From: Basidiobolus meristosporus CBS 931.73
Lineage: Eukaryota > Fungi > Basidiobolomycota
Direction of reading: 5' to 3'
Assembly (NCBI GenBank): GCA_002104905.1
Contig: MCFE01000005.1
Location: forward strand, 62,001 to 126,000
DNA length: 64,000 nt
Part shown: piece by piece, positions 41,932-53,847 of the stretch
How positions within the stretch are numbered: the first letter of the stretch is position 1
Layout: each line of letters begins with the position of its first letter
Made by a program: the position numbers and the translations under genes
Notes under the pieces: model-generated
What the model was told of the DNA's origin: nothing
Seen by the model: the letters and a program-made list of their open reading frames with translations, nothing else
The model's database searches: none

Positions 41932-43861
41932 ATGTATCAGACGGAAGGTGAAAGCTTCAAAACAAATCAACAAAGAGCAGGTAGGAGGTGGTGAAAACCA
42001 GATTGGGCGGAGTTTTTGGCTAACTCATTTGAATCCTAGATGTTGACCATGTGTTGTTCGTTATCCACGGAATCGGTCCAATCGCTGGAGAGAATCACTT
42101 CGAGGAGAATGGTTAGGACGGCGTGCTGCGCTATTGAACTGTTTCAATATACTAACCACTTCACTTGATGCAGTGAAAACCTTGCGTAAGACGATTGAAG
42201 AGTTGATCCACGCTGAAGAAAACAAAGAGACCTTCAACATCGAGGTGATCGCCATCGAGTGGCGCTCGGCCCTACATGATGTCGTTGATCAGTAAGCACT
42301 CCTTGATTCTTGATATTTAGGGTAGGCGTGATCTAACGTGGTTGATTTTACTAGACGAATGCAGCGTATTACTCTCAAAACGTGCCCTACTTTTCGCTCC
42401 ATCGGCAACGACTATTTGGCAGATGTGATGTACTACTTCACAAATCACAACGGGCAACACATCATTAATACCATCGTGACAGCACTTAACGATGAATACG
42501 ACGGCTTTATGAAACGGTACCCGGATTTCAAAGGAAGCTTTTCCCTCCTAGGCTATAGCTTGGGTGGAGTTTGTAGCTACGATATCCTATGCGCTCAAGA
42601 CGAGAATTACAATATCGAAGGAAGAAAGCTATATGCTGTCGATGTGCCCAAATTGAAATTCAGTCCCCGGCATCTTTTCACACTAGGAAGCCCAATTGGT
42701 GCGGTCATGGTCCAAAGAAGCCAGGAGTATGAAGGATATAAAGTTCCGAAGGATTGCACCTTCCATAACATCTTTGATCCGTACGATCCCATCGTAAGTC
42801 CATCCTCACTCCGAATAAATTCCCACTTGTACTTACCCAAAGTTATATAGGCATATCGCATCGAACCACTGATCGACGAGCGTTATGCGGAGATTGAACC
42901 ATTGACCATCGAAAGCTACACAGAGAACAGTTCAATCTTTCGCACCCCGTTTAGTTTCCCCTCACTTCCCAGTGGCTTGAGTGGAATCCGGCTTTCCTTC
43001 TCTCTCCCATCTATCATACCCGCGCTAAGCAATTCGGGCAGTGATTCCGACAAAGAGGAGGAGGGTGATGTTGCCGACGACGCGAACGCCACCGAGCTGA
43101 AGGTATTGGATATCGATGCGTTATGCGAAAAGTTCCGTGAAGAAAGGCCCAAGATCCAGCTATCCTACGACTCCTCATGGTCTACTGAGGAGCTTGACCC
43201 TGAAAAAATCCTTGAAGGTGTCAAGTCAACTACCTACCTCGAGGCGAATGTGGAAGGGCCAGAGGTCACCACCGATACAACCTCTCGCACGGAATTGGTG
43301 AATTCAGAATCCCAGAATGACAGGGTGGAAATCACCAGCACCGCCACCTTTGAAGATCGTATTCGGACGTTCAAGACCGAGAATGACAAGACCAGAGTAA
43401 CCGAAGAGGTGAATACTACCCAGGCACGGTGTGAGGCCGTTTTTACCGAGAAAGATGGAACGAAGGTAAAGAACGTATCGGAGCAATCGGACTTGGACCG
43501 CAAGAAAGCCAGAAGCAGCGCACAGTCGGAGACTTCATCTCAAAATGGCTTGCCGGAAGATCAGCGAGAAAAGCCAAAGACCGGGCCTGAGCTTGAAGCG
43601 AATGCCGAGGAAGTCCGAAATGATGATATGAAACCGAAACAAGTGTCCAAGGAAGAGCTACGAAAGCTTCAAGAGGGTCATCGCGTAGATCGTGTGCTTC
43701 AGGAGGGACTGGTAACCAGCGAGTATATTGCTGCAATGACTGCTCACTTCAACTATTGGACCAATAAGGATGCTGTCTACTATATTCTAAAGCAACTCAT
43801 CAACGAGATTTCTCATGATGAAACAGAGCAAAAGGTCCAGGAAGACACTCAGCAAGCTTAA
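41932..43861 (+). CDS. DDHD-domain phospholipase A1-like protein, multi-exon (start uncertain)
   Basis: VDHVLFVIHGIG, IEWRSALH, lipase motif GYSLG, LFTLGSP, HNIFDPYDPI-AYRIEPLID, RVDRVLQE, AHFNYWTNKD. Confidence 0.85.
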
Positions 43862-44089
43862 ATCACCAGCGCGTTGCGCTTATTTAGGTGTTTATATTTT
43901 AAAGAGATTCCATAACCCAGCCCGCATGTATATAGTATCTTCCCTCACCTATTGTCCAACCTAAACCATGATCAAGAAGAGCCGTGTATATGAAAAGAGG
44001 CTAATAAAATTCATGGTTAATTCCGAGTTAAACCCTTGATTTAGATTTCAGTGCTTTTTTAGTACGCAACCGCCCTTTCACTTACCATA

Positions 44090-45103
44090 ATGACCAGATC
44101 GGCAAAGGAGTATCTTGCGGAAGCGCAAAAACATCTAGAGGCCAATAACTTAAAGGAGGCTGTGAAAGCATTGTCAGGTCTTATCAGGATTGCTGATGGG
44201 TTCCCGTTACCACTTCTCAGTAGATGTACCTGCTACGTTCAACTAGGTGAATACGAAAATGCCATTGAGGACGCCATCAAGGTCCTGAAGTTGAAGAACG
44301 TGCCGACAGATGAGAACATAGCCCCCAAATGTACCACCTCACATTCGGTGGCATTGGTTAGGTTGGCAAAAGCATACAAGGAGTTGGGAGATACCGAAAC
44401 ATGCCACGAGTTATTGGAGAAGAAAACGCAGGTCGAGGAAGGTGATGATAGTGAGGAGCTTATCGAGGGAGTCCTCGCTTCCCTGCCTGAACATGCCAAT
44501 AAGGCTTCTGGAAAGGTCGCTGAGATAGGCTCTGGTGAGCTTTCTGAAACCGACAAAAAAGCGGAGGCAGAGAAGCACAAGCAGAAAGGAAACGAACTCT
44601 ATAAAAAGCAGGAATTCGCTTCTGCCATAACGGAGTACAATAAAGCCGTGACATTTGATCCCAAGAACCACGTGTTGTATTCGAATTTATGCCAAGCCTA
44701 CTTGCGTATGGAGAATTTGAAGGAGGCCAGTCGATGTGCCGACGCTTGTCTGGCTCTGAACCCCTCTTGGCCCAAGGGCTATTATAGAAAAGGTTTGAAA
44801 TGAACCCAATATGGGAGTCGGAAATAGCGCGTGGCGTGAAAGCTAACAGTTTTTTCGAACCATATAGGCATGGTTTTCATGAAGGAAGGTAAATTTGAAG
44901 AAGCTTTGAAGGCACTCTATACCGCACGTTCGAAGTCTGAAAAGCGCAATGCCGAGATTGAACAGACCATTTCTGAGGCGGAGGAGCTGATGAGAACACA
45001 GCCAAAATCCACCTCCAAAACCTTGATCTCATCTTTGAGCTATCTAACTGTCTTTATTTTGCTACTAGCTATCATCTTCGGCGGAGTGAAATATTTCCTT
45101 TGA
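44090..45103 (+). CDS. TPR-repeat protein with a C-terminal transmembrane anchor (exons 44090-44792, 44868-45103)
   Basis: Two TPR clusters. The second has KQKGNELYK...LYSNLCQAY...WPKGYYRKG. The terminus LSYLTVFILLLAIIFGGVKYFL* is a hydrophobic helix. Confidence 0.8.
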
Positions 45104-45415
45104 AGTAAGATATATATCACTTCTTTACTTTGCTTCATTCTGTACGAAAATAAATGGAGTAATAATTTACAAAAAAAAAAAGCGAATCAAGCACTAGAAT
45201 CCAGCTTGCTTTTGTGGAAAGAAAATAAAAACCGATGGTCTTCGGATGGGTGTATAGACTATAGACAAATGAAATGATAACCTGCAAATCGTTGCCAAGA
45301 AACGGAAGCAAAATAAATGTTCAAAAGTCGCCGAAAGTACGTTGTTTGGTGAGGACCAAGCACACATACTAGGGATGGTGGAGGTTGTACTCTCCAATGG
45401 TTGGACTCAACGCCC

Positions 45416-46894
45416 TTATGAGGCATATATGTAAAGTTTTCCCTGGCTCCATGCATCATGGAGATCCTGCTGGCTATTTAACCGTACAGGATCGTTGTTT
45501 CTTGACCGGTAACTCAACGTGACGGAGCTCTTACCTAAGCGTTCAGAGATCTTGGAACGGAGTGCGTTCAAAGTAATACCAGACGAAACACGAATCGCGA
45601 TCAAATCATCGCGGTATTGGATTTTGATCTTCGCTGCAGTGGCTATTTTAGGCGTGGGCTCTGCGGCAGATGTTGGGGTGCTAGGCTCTACATCTGATAA
45701 AGGAGTGGTGGCAGACTCGACACTTGGTACTGCAGAGGTACTGGAGGATGTAGATGAGTTGGTTGAGCGCTTGTTCTGGTCCGGAACCTCGGCATCATCA
45801 TGAGATGGTCGACGATTAGATATGACTCTCTTACGAGCAACGTTCGCCTCATCTTCCCCCGGCTCTTCAAGGCCAAAAAACTCTCTCACGATCTTCGATT
45901 CTTGGATGTACTTCGGCAGGCCGAAAAGCTGCTTTACATAGATATTTAGTTCGTGGCAACGTCTAATAGTGATAGCCTCGTCCACAAAATTTACAGGCCC
46001 CGGCATAAAAGGAATGATTCGATATTGTCCAGCGCTACCCGCTTCCCGCGGGTAGGTTTTGAGAAGCGAGACATGGAAATCATAGAAATCTTCGTAGAGT
46101 TTGTACAAGACACGATTGTGTCCATCAAGAAGGGATATCTGAACTTCGAAATAGTAGCAATCATTCTGTAGGAAATATGTACTGACGCCGGCGCGGATGG
46201 CTTGTTCCCGTGGAGAAAGCGCCTCACTGGAGGGGTCCGAACTTCTAGGCACCATCGATGTATCAATATTGACTCCATTTGCTCTTGTCCGCACATCGCC
46301 AGCCCTCTCATGCTTGGGCTGGGTGCCTCCAAAAAATTGGCTGATGTCGACGATTGGCTGCCCAGTTCGTGCATCCTTGATTTCAACATAGGACGAGGGA
46401 ACGAGGCCCAGCCCTCCTAGCTTACCAATAGGCTTGGCAATCAGCCACCCAGGATTCGATTGACCGACAATGATAATGTGCTCACCCGCCACAGCGCTTA
46501 GCTCTTCAGGACTCTGTGACTCGAAATCGTACAGTACACGACCAAGAAACGCCGGTTGCGTGCCAGCGTTATTCCTCTTATTGGAGGAGTTGTAGTCGTG
46601 TGTACCGCCGTTTTTCTTCTTCTCGACTATTTCAAAATAAGAGGCCGGCACCATACCCCTGACCTTGGTCATTGGGTTGGTGGCCTCCCACCAATGCTCA
46701 TCGTTCTCGTTCCCTATTACGTGAAAATAGTCCCCGGCCCGGAAAGAGAGCTGGTATGGTGCCTCGCTGCGATAATCGTACAGTGCGCAAATCACCCTCT
46801 TGGGAATGAGCACCCCGGCCTGAGTGGTGTAGTTTGATAGGTAGGCTTGTGGGGAGACTTTCTTCGAAGGTTTTGGGATTTTTAGGTGGGCCAT
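45416..46894 (-). CDS. BEM1: Polarity scaffold Bem1/Scd2 (SH3-SH3-PX-PB1), intronless ORF
   Basis: ALYDYRS...LSFRAGD...WWEA...GMVPASYF (SH3); VLYDFES...GLVPSSYV (SH3); LYKLYEDFYDFHVSLL...IIPFMPGP (PX); KIKIQYRDDLIAIRV (PB1). Confidence 0.93.
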   Translation of the reverse strand: MAHLKIPKPSKKVSPQAYLSNYTTQAGVLIPKRVICALYDYRSEAPYQLSFRAGDYFHVIGNENDEHWWEATNPMTKVRGMVPASYFEIVEKKKNGGTHDYNSSNKRNNAGTQPAFLGRVLYDFESQSPEELSAVAGEHIIIVGQSNPGWLIAKPIGKLGGLGLVPSSYVEIKDARTGQPIVDISQFFGGTQPKHERAGDVRTRANGVNIDTSMVPRSSDPSSEALSPREQAIRAGVSTYFLQNDCYYFEVQISLLDGHNRVLYKLYEDFYDFHVSLLKTYPREAGSAGQYRIIPFMPGPVNFVDEAITIRRCHELNIYVKQLFGLPKYIQESKIVREFFGLEEPGEDEANVARKRVISNRRPSHDDAEVPDQNKRSTNSSTSSSTSAVPSVESATTPLSDVEPSTPTSAAEPTPKIATAAKIKIQYRDDLIAIRVSSGITLNALRSKISERLGKSSVTLSYRSRNNDPVRLNSQQDLHDAWSQGKLYIYAS

Positions 46895-48844
46895 TTAGAC
46901 AATCTCTATGGCAGTATGGGTGAATCTACAGAGAACAAAAAGAAACAACCCCTTCAATTCGCCAGAGTCTTACTTCACGATACAGGCAAGACCCGTCACG
47001 ACCAACGACAGGAGGCAACAATGGGTACAAAAGACCAGACGAAAAATAGAATGATTAAAACCAAAGAAACTGTGGAACGGCAAGCGTGAGTGGTTTATAA
47101 AGAATACAATCGAAAGGGAAACTGAACAATGGCGGAGATTAGTAACAATAAATCGGGGACAGAATGAGGGAATGATGAGATGAAACTGTCCAGGGGCAAA
47201 ACTCCTTTCCTTTCCCTCAGCAGGAGAAAGAAGTAGGGAAGGTACGTGGATGCATAGATGGATCTCGGATGTATAAATAATTGATGAGCATCCTTGCATT
47301 TGGTTACTCAAGGAAAAATCCCACAAAGGATCTCTCAGGTACTAAACCCGCTTCTGAATGGCTCATTGGTGGGGAGGTGGAGGTGATAGTGAATGTGATT
47401 TTGATTGTGATTGTGAATATAGATATGAATGTGTATGAATGGGAGCATGTCAAAAATAACCCGCATCTAAATATACAACTGAACCCATCGTAATTGGCTG
47501 CATGACGGTTTCGAAATTCAGGCTACTGAGGCATCCCATTTCTGAATGAGTGTTCCGCTGTAACATCATACATACCTTGGAGATTGACCATGGGCTCGAC
47601 CTTGTTCATCCTTGCTGTTTGTTGCCAACAATGTGAGCCCATTCATAGAATTTCGATAAGGAGGCCGAACCTCCATTGTACAGAGGTACGCCGAGTGCGG
47701 TACACTATACACCATTGTGTTACGAGAGATGAAGATCCTTCACATTTATCTCAAATCACCAGGTGAAGTCTATAGAGCAGAATCCATCGATGATGGGGCA
47801 TTTTTCAAGTGGTAACGCCTCTTGTCGGACTATTTTCCATAATGTCTCTCAAGAATTATTGTACAAGTCGAGCTGCAATGAAGGTCAGGTAACGATATGA
47901 CCGAATCGAAGGTCTGCTCCACCCCTAACCAGATTTGGTGCGCTACGACCATTACACCTAGCACTAATCATTGTATCACAGGCACCCAATACAACGTGGG
48001 TTGTGTGAAAATCTCACTGGTGCCAAGATCAAGGGCTGGGCTCCAAAAAGCGCATCGCTGATTCTTCAAAGGCATAATCAGAATCATTAATCGCCCCTGT
48101 TTACATTAGCTGTACTTCTTGACCTTGCATCGCTGGTGGTTGATGGAAAGAACCGCCCCTCCATCCAATGTAGCTCATGAGAAACTTTGATATGCATTTT
48201 ACCAGACCTTTATGGCTTAGTAGAATGCTGAGCATCGGACGATATTGGCGATAACATATCTAAACCTTTCTCACGACAATAGGCATGGAATTCGATGGAC
48301 CGTCCATTCCCAGTAGATACCCAGCTTCGGTAGGACAATTTCCATCTCACACCGAAAATATTTCCTAATTCCCTATTCCCCTATTTGGCACCAAAGCAGC
48401 TTGGTCGCCTAGTCATGTGATCCGATCCTTTATTCATAGGATCCAGTTCCAGATTTTACCAATTTCGTTACTAGATCCTTACCGTAAAAATGCCAATTGT
48501 ACTCGTTTGGACCTTGAACAACGTTGATTTGGCTAATCCACATCCAAAACTGTATCCTGGATAATCTTTGCCACTTGGGATTTCTAGAGCATTGCTGTGG
48601 TTATTTTGTTCTGAAATCATAGAATCTCTCACTGTCTCGATCCGAAGGATCTTAGAGGGGGGATGTGATATGGACGATTCCTGGCAATCATCATGGAAGG
48701 CAAATCGTGGCTGTTGCGTATGGGTGTATTTAACATAAAATAAGGACAAGAGAAATTTACACTAAGGTTGGTGCGAAACGTATATATAGATATAGAGCTC
48801 AGAGACGTCGGGGTCGCATAGGCTTCTATTCAAAGTCCGTCAGG

Positions 48845-51547
48845 TTACCATGGATATTTGCTTTGACTACTCTGATGGCTGATAAGATCGTAGGCCATAG
48901 CCAACTCGGCACCAGAGACATATTCGGTGGTTGGAAGTGTGTTCATGGGTCCAGTGTTCTCCGAGGAGGACCGTTGAGGATCAGACTCAATAGTGGGTCT
49001 ATTAGTGGTTGGATAGGTGGATGAGATGGTGTATCCATCGGTTGCTGATGAGAAATTGTTGGTTGCCTCTGCTGTACTGCTTGTTATGGGTCCACGGTCA
49101 GATGGGTTGACTATAACCCCTGCCACACACTGGCCAACGTAATCGTTCCACTCGTCGAAATTGAAGGCAAGCTGGCTGTTCCATCCCATCCCGTCATCTC
49201 TGGAGGTGGTATCATCGAAACTTGCCCCGAGTCCGGTTGTGTTGGGATCGTACAATGCAGGATTGAGCGTGCTATTGCCAGAAATGGCACTAGTTCTAGC
49301 CTGTTCAAATGCTCCGGGTATGGCATACGGATCCAAAGTAGCTATCACGTCAAAGTTAGGTGAGGCCCGTTCCTCAATAACCTTAAAAGCACCTTCTACG
49401 TAGGGAGGGATCGCTGGAAAATCCATGGTGAGGCTCGCAGGAGATAAGGATGTTCTTGTCAAAGCTTCGCTTTTTGGGGCGAGATCCAATAAGAACTGAT
49501 TTTGCTGGATTTCGGCAAGCGGTTGACCCATAGACATGTCATTGGGGTTGGCGTTTTGTAAATCAATGATTGGTGATCCGGCGCTGGTTTCTTGCTCGGG
49601 GGTAACGTTGCTCTCTGTAATGAGGTCAGACAGAATGGTGTAATATCTTCCAGCGTAGCCACATCGTTCTCGGATTTGCCTGAGTGTTTCTAGGTTCTTG
49701 AACAAGCTAGTTCGTGACGAGTTTGCAATCCACTGGTTGGGTGACATCACTTGTAAAAGTTGTATCGTGCTTGCAGTGAAGATTGGGAACAGCAGAAACA
49801 GAATTATCTCTGATGCTCCAGGACAATTCACACACGAGGTTACAATGCTAGTCAAGCTGTTTGCTGCATCCATGCAGATCTGGGATGAGGAGGACTGGGA
49901 GGTAGATGAGGACTCAGGTCTCAGTACGAAGGGTCGGTGTAGTAAAATCAATGCACAGTGATACCAGACATGGGCGTAGATCAGCGTGGGACTTCTAGGC
50001 GGGTTTCCTGTGCAATAGTTTGTAGGAACGTAGGCAAGATCAGCTGGCAATGAGTTTAACCACACATTAAGCTGAGAATCCAGATCTATTAAGCTCGTGC
50101 GGAATTTCTGATAGTTGCTGGTCAATGGGGCTCTAACTATGTACATGGTGCTCAAAATACGGCCGATCAGTTCGTGAAGCTTTATCACCTCATGGAATGG
50201 CCTTAAGGATAGCCCGGTGCGCGGAGAGACACCATTTGGTGTCAATAGGTCGTCGTCCGTTAAGGATGGCAGCGGTGTATCAAACTGCTGGTCATCGATA
50301 GACACAGGCCTCCCTACGCATACACTAGAGAACCGATCTATCAGGTAGCACACCCACCAAGTCCGCTTTCTTGTTTCCTTCTCTGCTGTTGTTAGCTTGA
50401 TGTTCCATATATCGGGGTCGCGATGCAGTCCGAGGTCTTCAGCCATTCTAATGGCCATGCCACTGTACATCCACGATTTCATCCCACCTTGAGATATGTG
50501 GAAATAGATGGACATCAGTACCAAGCCTTGAACGTTTTCTATTGAACTAACATCATATGCTTGATCCAACAGAGTCCGTGCCTTCTTAAAGAAGCCTTCC
50601 GCATCCAGATTCTCCTTGTTCAATATGTTCTCGGATGATATTAGAGCAGCAGAAAGTGAAAACATCGCATTCACGAGAAAATACGGCATTTCTTGTTCAC
50701 TGCGATTTAAGCGCTCCATGAACTCCTCTTTGTGAAGCAGCGGGAAAACAGGATTGATTTTCGAAAAGTACACATCCACAAGGTAAGCAAAAAGATTTGG
50801 AGACGGTAGCGCAGTAGGGTCTGGATTGATATCGACGCGGTTGATAGTTGCTGTGACTCGCGGTCTTATTTTGAAAAGGTCGTTTTGGTACTTTTGTGAG
50901 CCTTGGAGTAAGTACAGGCCAGAGCTTTTCCCGCAGTGTCGTACTCGCCCCTCATCATCTAAAATCAACTGATCTGTAGTATTGCTAAGCGTTTCTATAT
51001 CGGCATCAGTAGTAAGAGCAATGCTCGGACTCATTGTAGATGGCCTCGCGGGCTCGGTAGACGACAAAGCGTTTAGTGTGTTCGGATTATGAGGAGACAC
51101 GCTCTTTTTAGATTCATTGGCTGTGGTAGCGTTAGGCGCGGTGGCTGTAGGAGAGTTGGCTTCAAGAGGTGAGTCTGGAATCTGTGCGTTCGGGACTCGG
51201 TACTCTCTGAATTCTAAGGGTTTGACTTTGGGCTGCGCTTTGATAGCAGTATTGGCCTCCTCCTCCAGTCTCCGCATTTCAAGCATCACGGTTTCAGCCG
51301 CTCGAGGATCGCTTTGAACGAGCCCGCCGAGGATGTGCTCCATTCTGTGCAGTCTACTCTCAATTGCTTCTATATATCCTTTCGGAGGACCTCGCTTCTT
51401 CTTTGTGTCATTATAAGTACACTCCATGCCAAAAGACTGGCAATTTGAACAAACAGGTTGTTCACCGCCGCATCGTATCTTCTTTCTACGACAATTATCA
51501 CATGCCCTACTGACCCGTTGTCTTTTGTGATTATCTTCAGTACTCAT
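48845..51547 (-). CDS. Zn2Cys6 (Gal4-type) transcription factor with fungal-specific TF/MHR domain, copy A (~900 aa, intronless)
   Basis: RVSRACDNCRRKKIRCGGEQPVCSNCQSFGMECTY; MHR motifs W...G.AIRMAEDLGLHRD and RKRTWWVCYLIDR...GRP. Confidence 0.93.
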   Translation of the reverse strand: MSTEDNHKRQRVSRACDNCRRKKIRCGGEQPVCSNCQSFGMECTYNDTKKKRGPPKGYIEAIESRLHRMEHILGGLVQSDPRAAETVMLEMRRLEEEANTAIKAQPKVKPLEFREYRVPNAQIPDSPLEANSPTATAPNATTANESKKSVSPHNPNTLNALSSTEPARPSTMSPSIALTTDADIETLSNTTDQLILDDEGRVRHCGKSSGLYLLQGSQKYQNDLFKIRPRVTATINRVDINPDPTALPSPNLFAYLVDVYFSKINPVFPLLHKEEFMERLNRSEQEMPYFLVNAMFSLSAALISSENILNKENLDAEGFFKKARTLLDQAYDVSSIENVQGLVLMSIYFHISQGGMKSWMYSGMAIRMAEDLGLHRDPDIWNIKLTTAEKETRKRTWWVCYLIDRFSSVCVGRPVSIDDQQFDTPLPSLTDDDLLTPNGVSPRTGLSLRPFHEVIKLHELIGRILSTMYIVRAPLTSNYQKFRTSLIDLDSQLNVWLNSLPADLAYVPTNYCTGNPPRSPTLIYAHVWYHCALILLHRPFVLRPESSSTSQSSSSQICMDAANSLTSIVTSCVNCPGASEIILFLLFPIFTASTIQLLQVMSPNQWIANSSRTSLFKNLETLRQIRERCGYAGRYYTILSDLITESNVTPEQETSAGSPIIDLQNANPNDMSMGQPLAEIQQNQFLLDLAPKSEALTRTSLSPASLTMDFPAIPPYVEGAFKVIEERASPNFDVIATLDPYAIPGAFEQARTSAISGNSTLNPALYDPNTTGLGASFDDTTSRDDGMGWNSQLAFNFDEWNDYVGQCVAGVIVNPSDRGPITSSTAEATNNFSSATDGYTISSTYPTTNRPTIESDPQRSSSENTGPMNTLPTTEYVSGAELAMAYDLISHQSSQSKYPW

Positions 51548-52265
51548 ACGGAACTCAGCGGAAAAATAAGAAACTCTTTGGAAAAATGAGTGGCTGCAGA
51601 GTTTATAAGCAAAATAAGAAAAATTTCCCAAGTGGTGGGTATAGGTGTGCTAACGAATGGGTTCCGTACGATTTATATCGGGCACATTGGAAATGGAAGG
51701 ATGGTAGAATCCAGTTAGGTAAATCTACAATGATTAAGTCATTGTTAAATCAAAATGGATTTGTTACCGAATAGGTCCTAGTTTACACTAGAACCGTAAA
51801 GTCACGATGAAGCCGTATCTGAATTGATCCCGTTGGATAATTGCGATGATATTGGTAGGATCTCGCACCTACCACCCACCGAATGGCCAATGTGTCACGC
51901 GTCTTTACTCTCCAACCACGCGAATATCATACACATACCTTGTTTCAGTAAGGATTCATCGTCTGGCGATCACGGTGTATTCGTTAGTGCTGTTCCTGAT
52001 CTTCCAGCCTAGCCAATGTTTGTGACTGCTTCATGGTGTAACATCGTTTTGAGCCAGCCTCATCCCGAAACACAAAAGCTACTTGAATGCCCACCGCAAG
52101 AGGAGAACGCCTTTTTTCTTTAAAGAGTGAACAACATCAGGATCAGAAGATTAGCGGAAAAGGAGAACCTATTGCTCGCACTGTATTCGACCTCGACTTT
52201 CCATTTCTCGATATCTATTGTAGAAGCCAATAGCCTTGATTTCCGATATATCTCTAAAGTAGGAC

Positions 52266-52748
52266 ATGCCTTTCTCGAAGTTTTCGATCTACCACCTCGC
52301 CTCTGTGTCTAGCCATAAGCTTGCCTTGGAATACTCTGGCGATGTGGCGCAATCGCTTCGCCGGGAGATCCTGGTGCGGAATCTGCTATTGAACTTGTAC
52401 CAGCAACCTCCCCTGGACCAATTCGAAGAGTTAATTCGCGACAACCCAGAAAACCTTCTCGAGTACCTCCTAGAGGACGAGTTCGAGGAAGATGACACCG
52501 ACGATTTTGGAAACGTAGCAAAGCGAATCAAGTGCACCCACATGGCTCTGAAGCAATCAGCAAATTACTTCATCCATCATGAGGTTAGCCCACCCACCAC
52601 CAAGTTCACCTTTCTATTTGAGCCTCAAGAGACCCCCGCACCTTCGAAGAAGTGGCTGGCTCAAAAAAACAACTGTCGGGACGCTCCAAACGAGCCATTT
52701 GCTCTGAAGAAGGCCGTACATTTAATGCTACGTCTAAGCCTTGATTAG
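52266..52748 (+). CDS. 160-aa protein with an N-terminal SERTA-like / ECM13-like motif and an acidic stretch
   Basis: IYHLASVSSHKL...SLRREILVRNLL resembles the 'S..KL...LRRSVLI.N.L' pattern and is followed by EDEFEEDDTDD. Assignment is by eye. Confidence 0.5.
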   Translation: MPFSKFSIYHLASVSSHKLALEYSGDVAQSLRREILVRNLLLNLYQQPPLDQFEELIRDNPENLLEYLLEDEFEEDDTDDFGNVAKRIKCTHMALKQSANYFIHHEVSPPTTKFTFLFEPQETPAPSKKWLAQKNNCRDAPNEPFALKKAVHLMLRLSLD

Positions 52749-53122
52749 CCCATCGATTAGTCCAATGAGGCTACTGCAGGTGCCAAATTGCTGGACTATT
52801 TGTTCACTTGACCCAAATGGAAATAAATCGAAGTTCGACATCACATCCCAGTGGATAAGTCATACTATCGCTTCATGTGATTCGGTGGGAGTAATGTTGT
52901 GCTTGCGTAAAATTGATGGCACCACAGATGGACGTGTGAGGATTTGCAACAAACAAACTGCTTCGCATTTGAGGCGAGGTGTAACAAATGCATTGCCCAC
53001 ATGGTGGATAGGCAGGTTATGTTTGAGTTGGATATCTGAGACTGTATAAAGAGGCTCTTGGAGCATCGAAAGTCCTTGTGTGTATCTTCAGACTTCACCA
53101 TCATCCAACTTCCCTTGGCAAC

Positions 53123-53847
53123 ATGCAGCTTAAACTTTCTTTGGTCGCGATTATAGTTGTTTTGGCTGTATGCTTGATCCAAGACGTTACTGCTAATAGA
53201 CAATGGTCCAACTCAAAACATGGCAAGCATGGTAAACATGCTTCGAAGTATGGCAAACACTCTAAATCGAGAGAGAACTCAGTCAGCCGTAGGTCCAATC
53301 GGGAGGTGACTACAGATAATAGCGCGGCCACTATTTTCTGTTCAATTTTCAGGTAATATCCTTTATTCGTCATCATTGTTGCAACTTGACTCATGGATAG
53401 CATTCTAGAACCAATTGTCGTAATACTTGCGCAACAAGTGAGAATTACTGCTCTCGAAGCCATGGAAATACGTTCCAAGTCTCATGTATTTGCAGAAATG
53501 GGGATAACCGGACAAATCAAGCCTTGAGGAACACACCAACCCACACCACTTCTAACCCAAGTCCCTTCACCCGAGCCATTCGTAATGGCTCTGGTGATGC
53601 TTACTGCAGGGCGCACAAATCGGTAAGAACTCCCCATCTCCACCTCTTCCCCGAAGTGAATATTTACTAACGAACGGTCCCATCAAAGCATTGCTCCGAC
53701 GTGTGCAAAAATGCAAGCACTGGTAGCTGGCGTTTCCAGGAGAATTGTAGATGGAAATCCCAAAACAGCAGAACCACTGCCACTACTACGTGCACCTGTA
53801 ACGGATGTGACATATCCTATACCTCGGGTACAACCTTGAATTTTTAA
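53123..53847 (+). CDS. Secreted cysteine-rich protein, ~200 aa, with two tandem six-Cys defensin-like modules (exons 53123-53352, 53409-53622, 53689-53847)
   Basis: Signal peptide MQLKLSLVAIIVVLAVCLIQDVTA and a KHG-rich basic segment. Introns GTAATA..TTCTAG (phase 2) and GTAAGA..TACTAAC..AAG (phase 0) join one uninterrupted frame. TATA-like TATAAA lies at ~53045. Confidence 0.75.

Noticed and set aside
47590-48200. Protein-like minus-strand frame with many stops upstream of BEM1
   Set aside because: Could not be assigned to any family, and stop density is not clearly below random.
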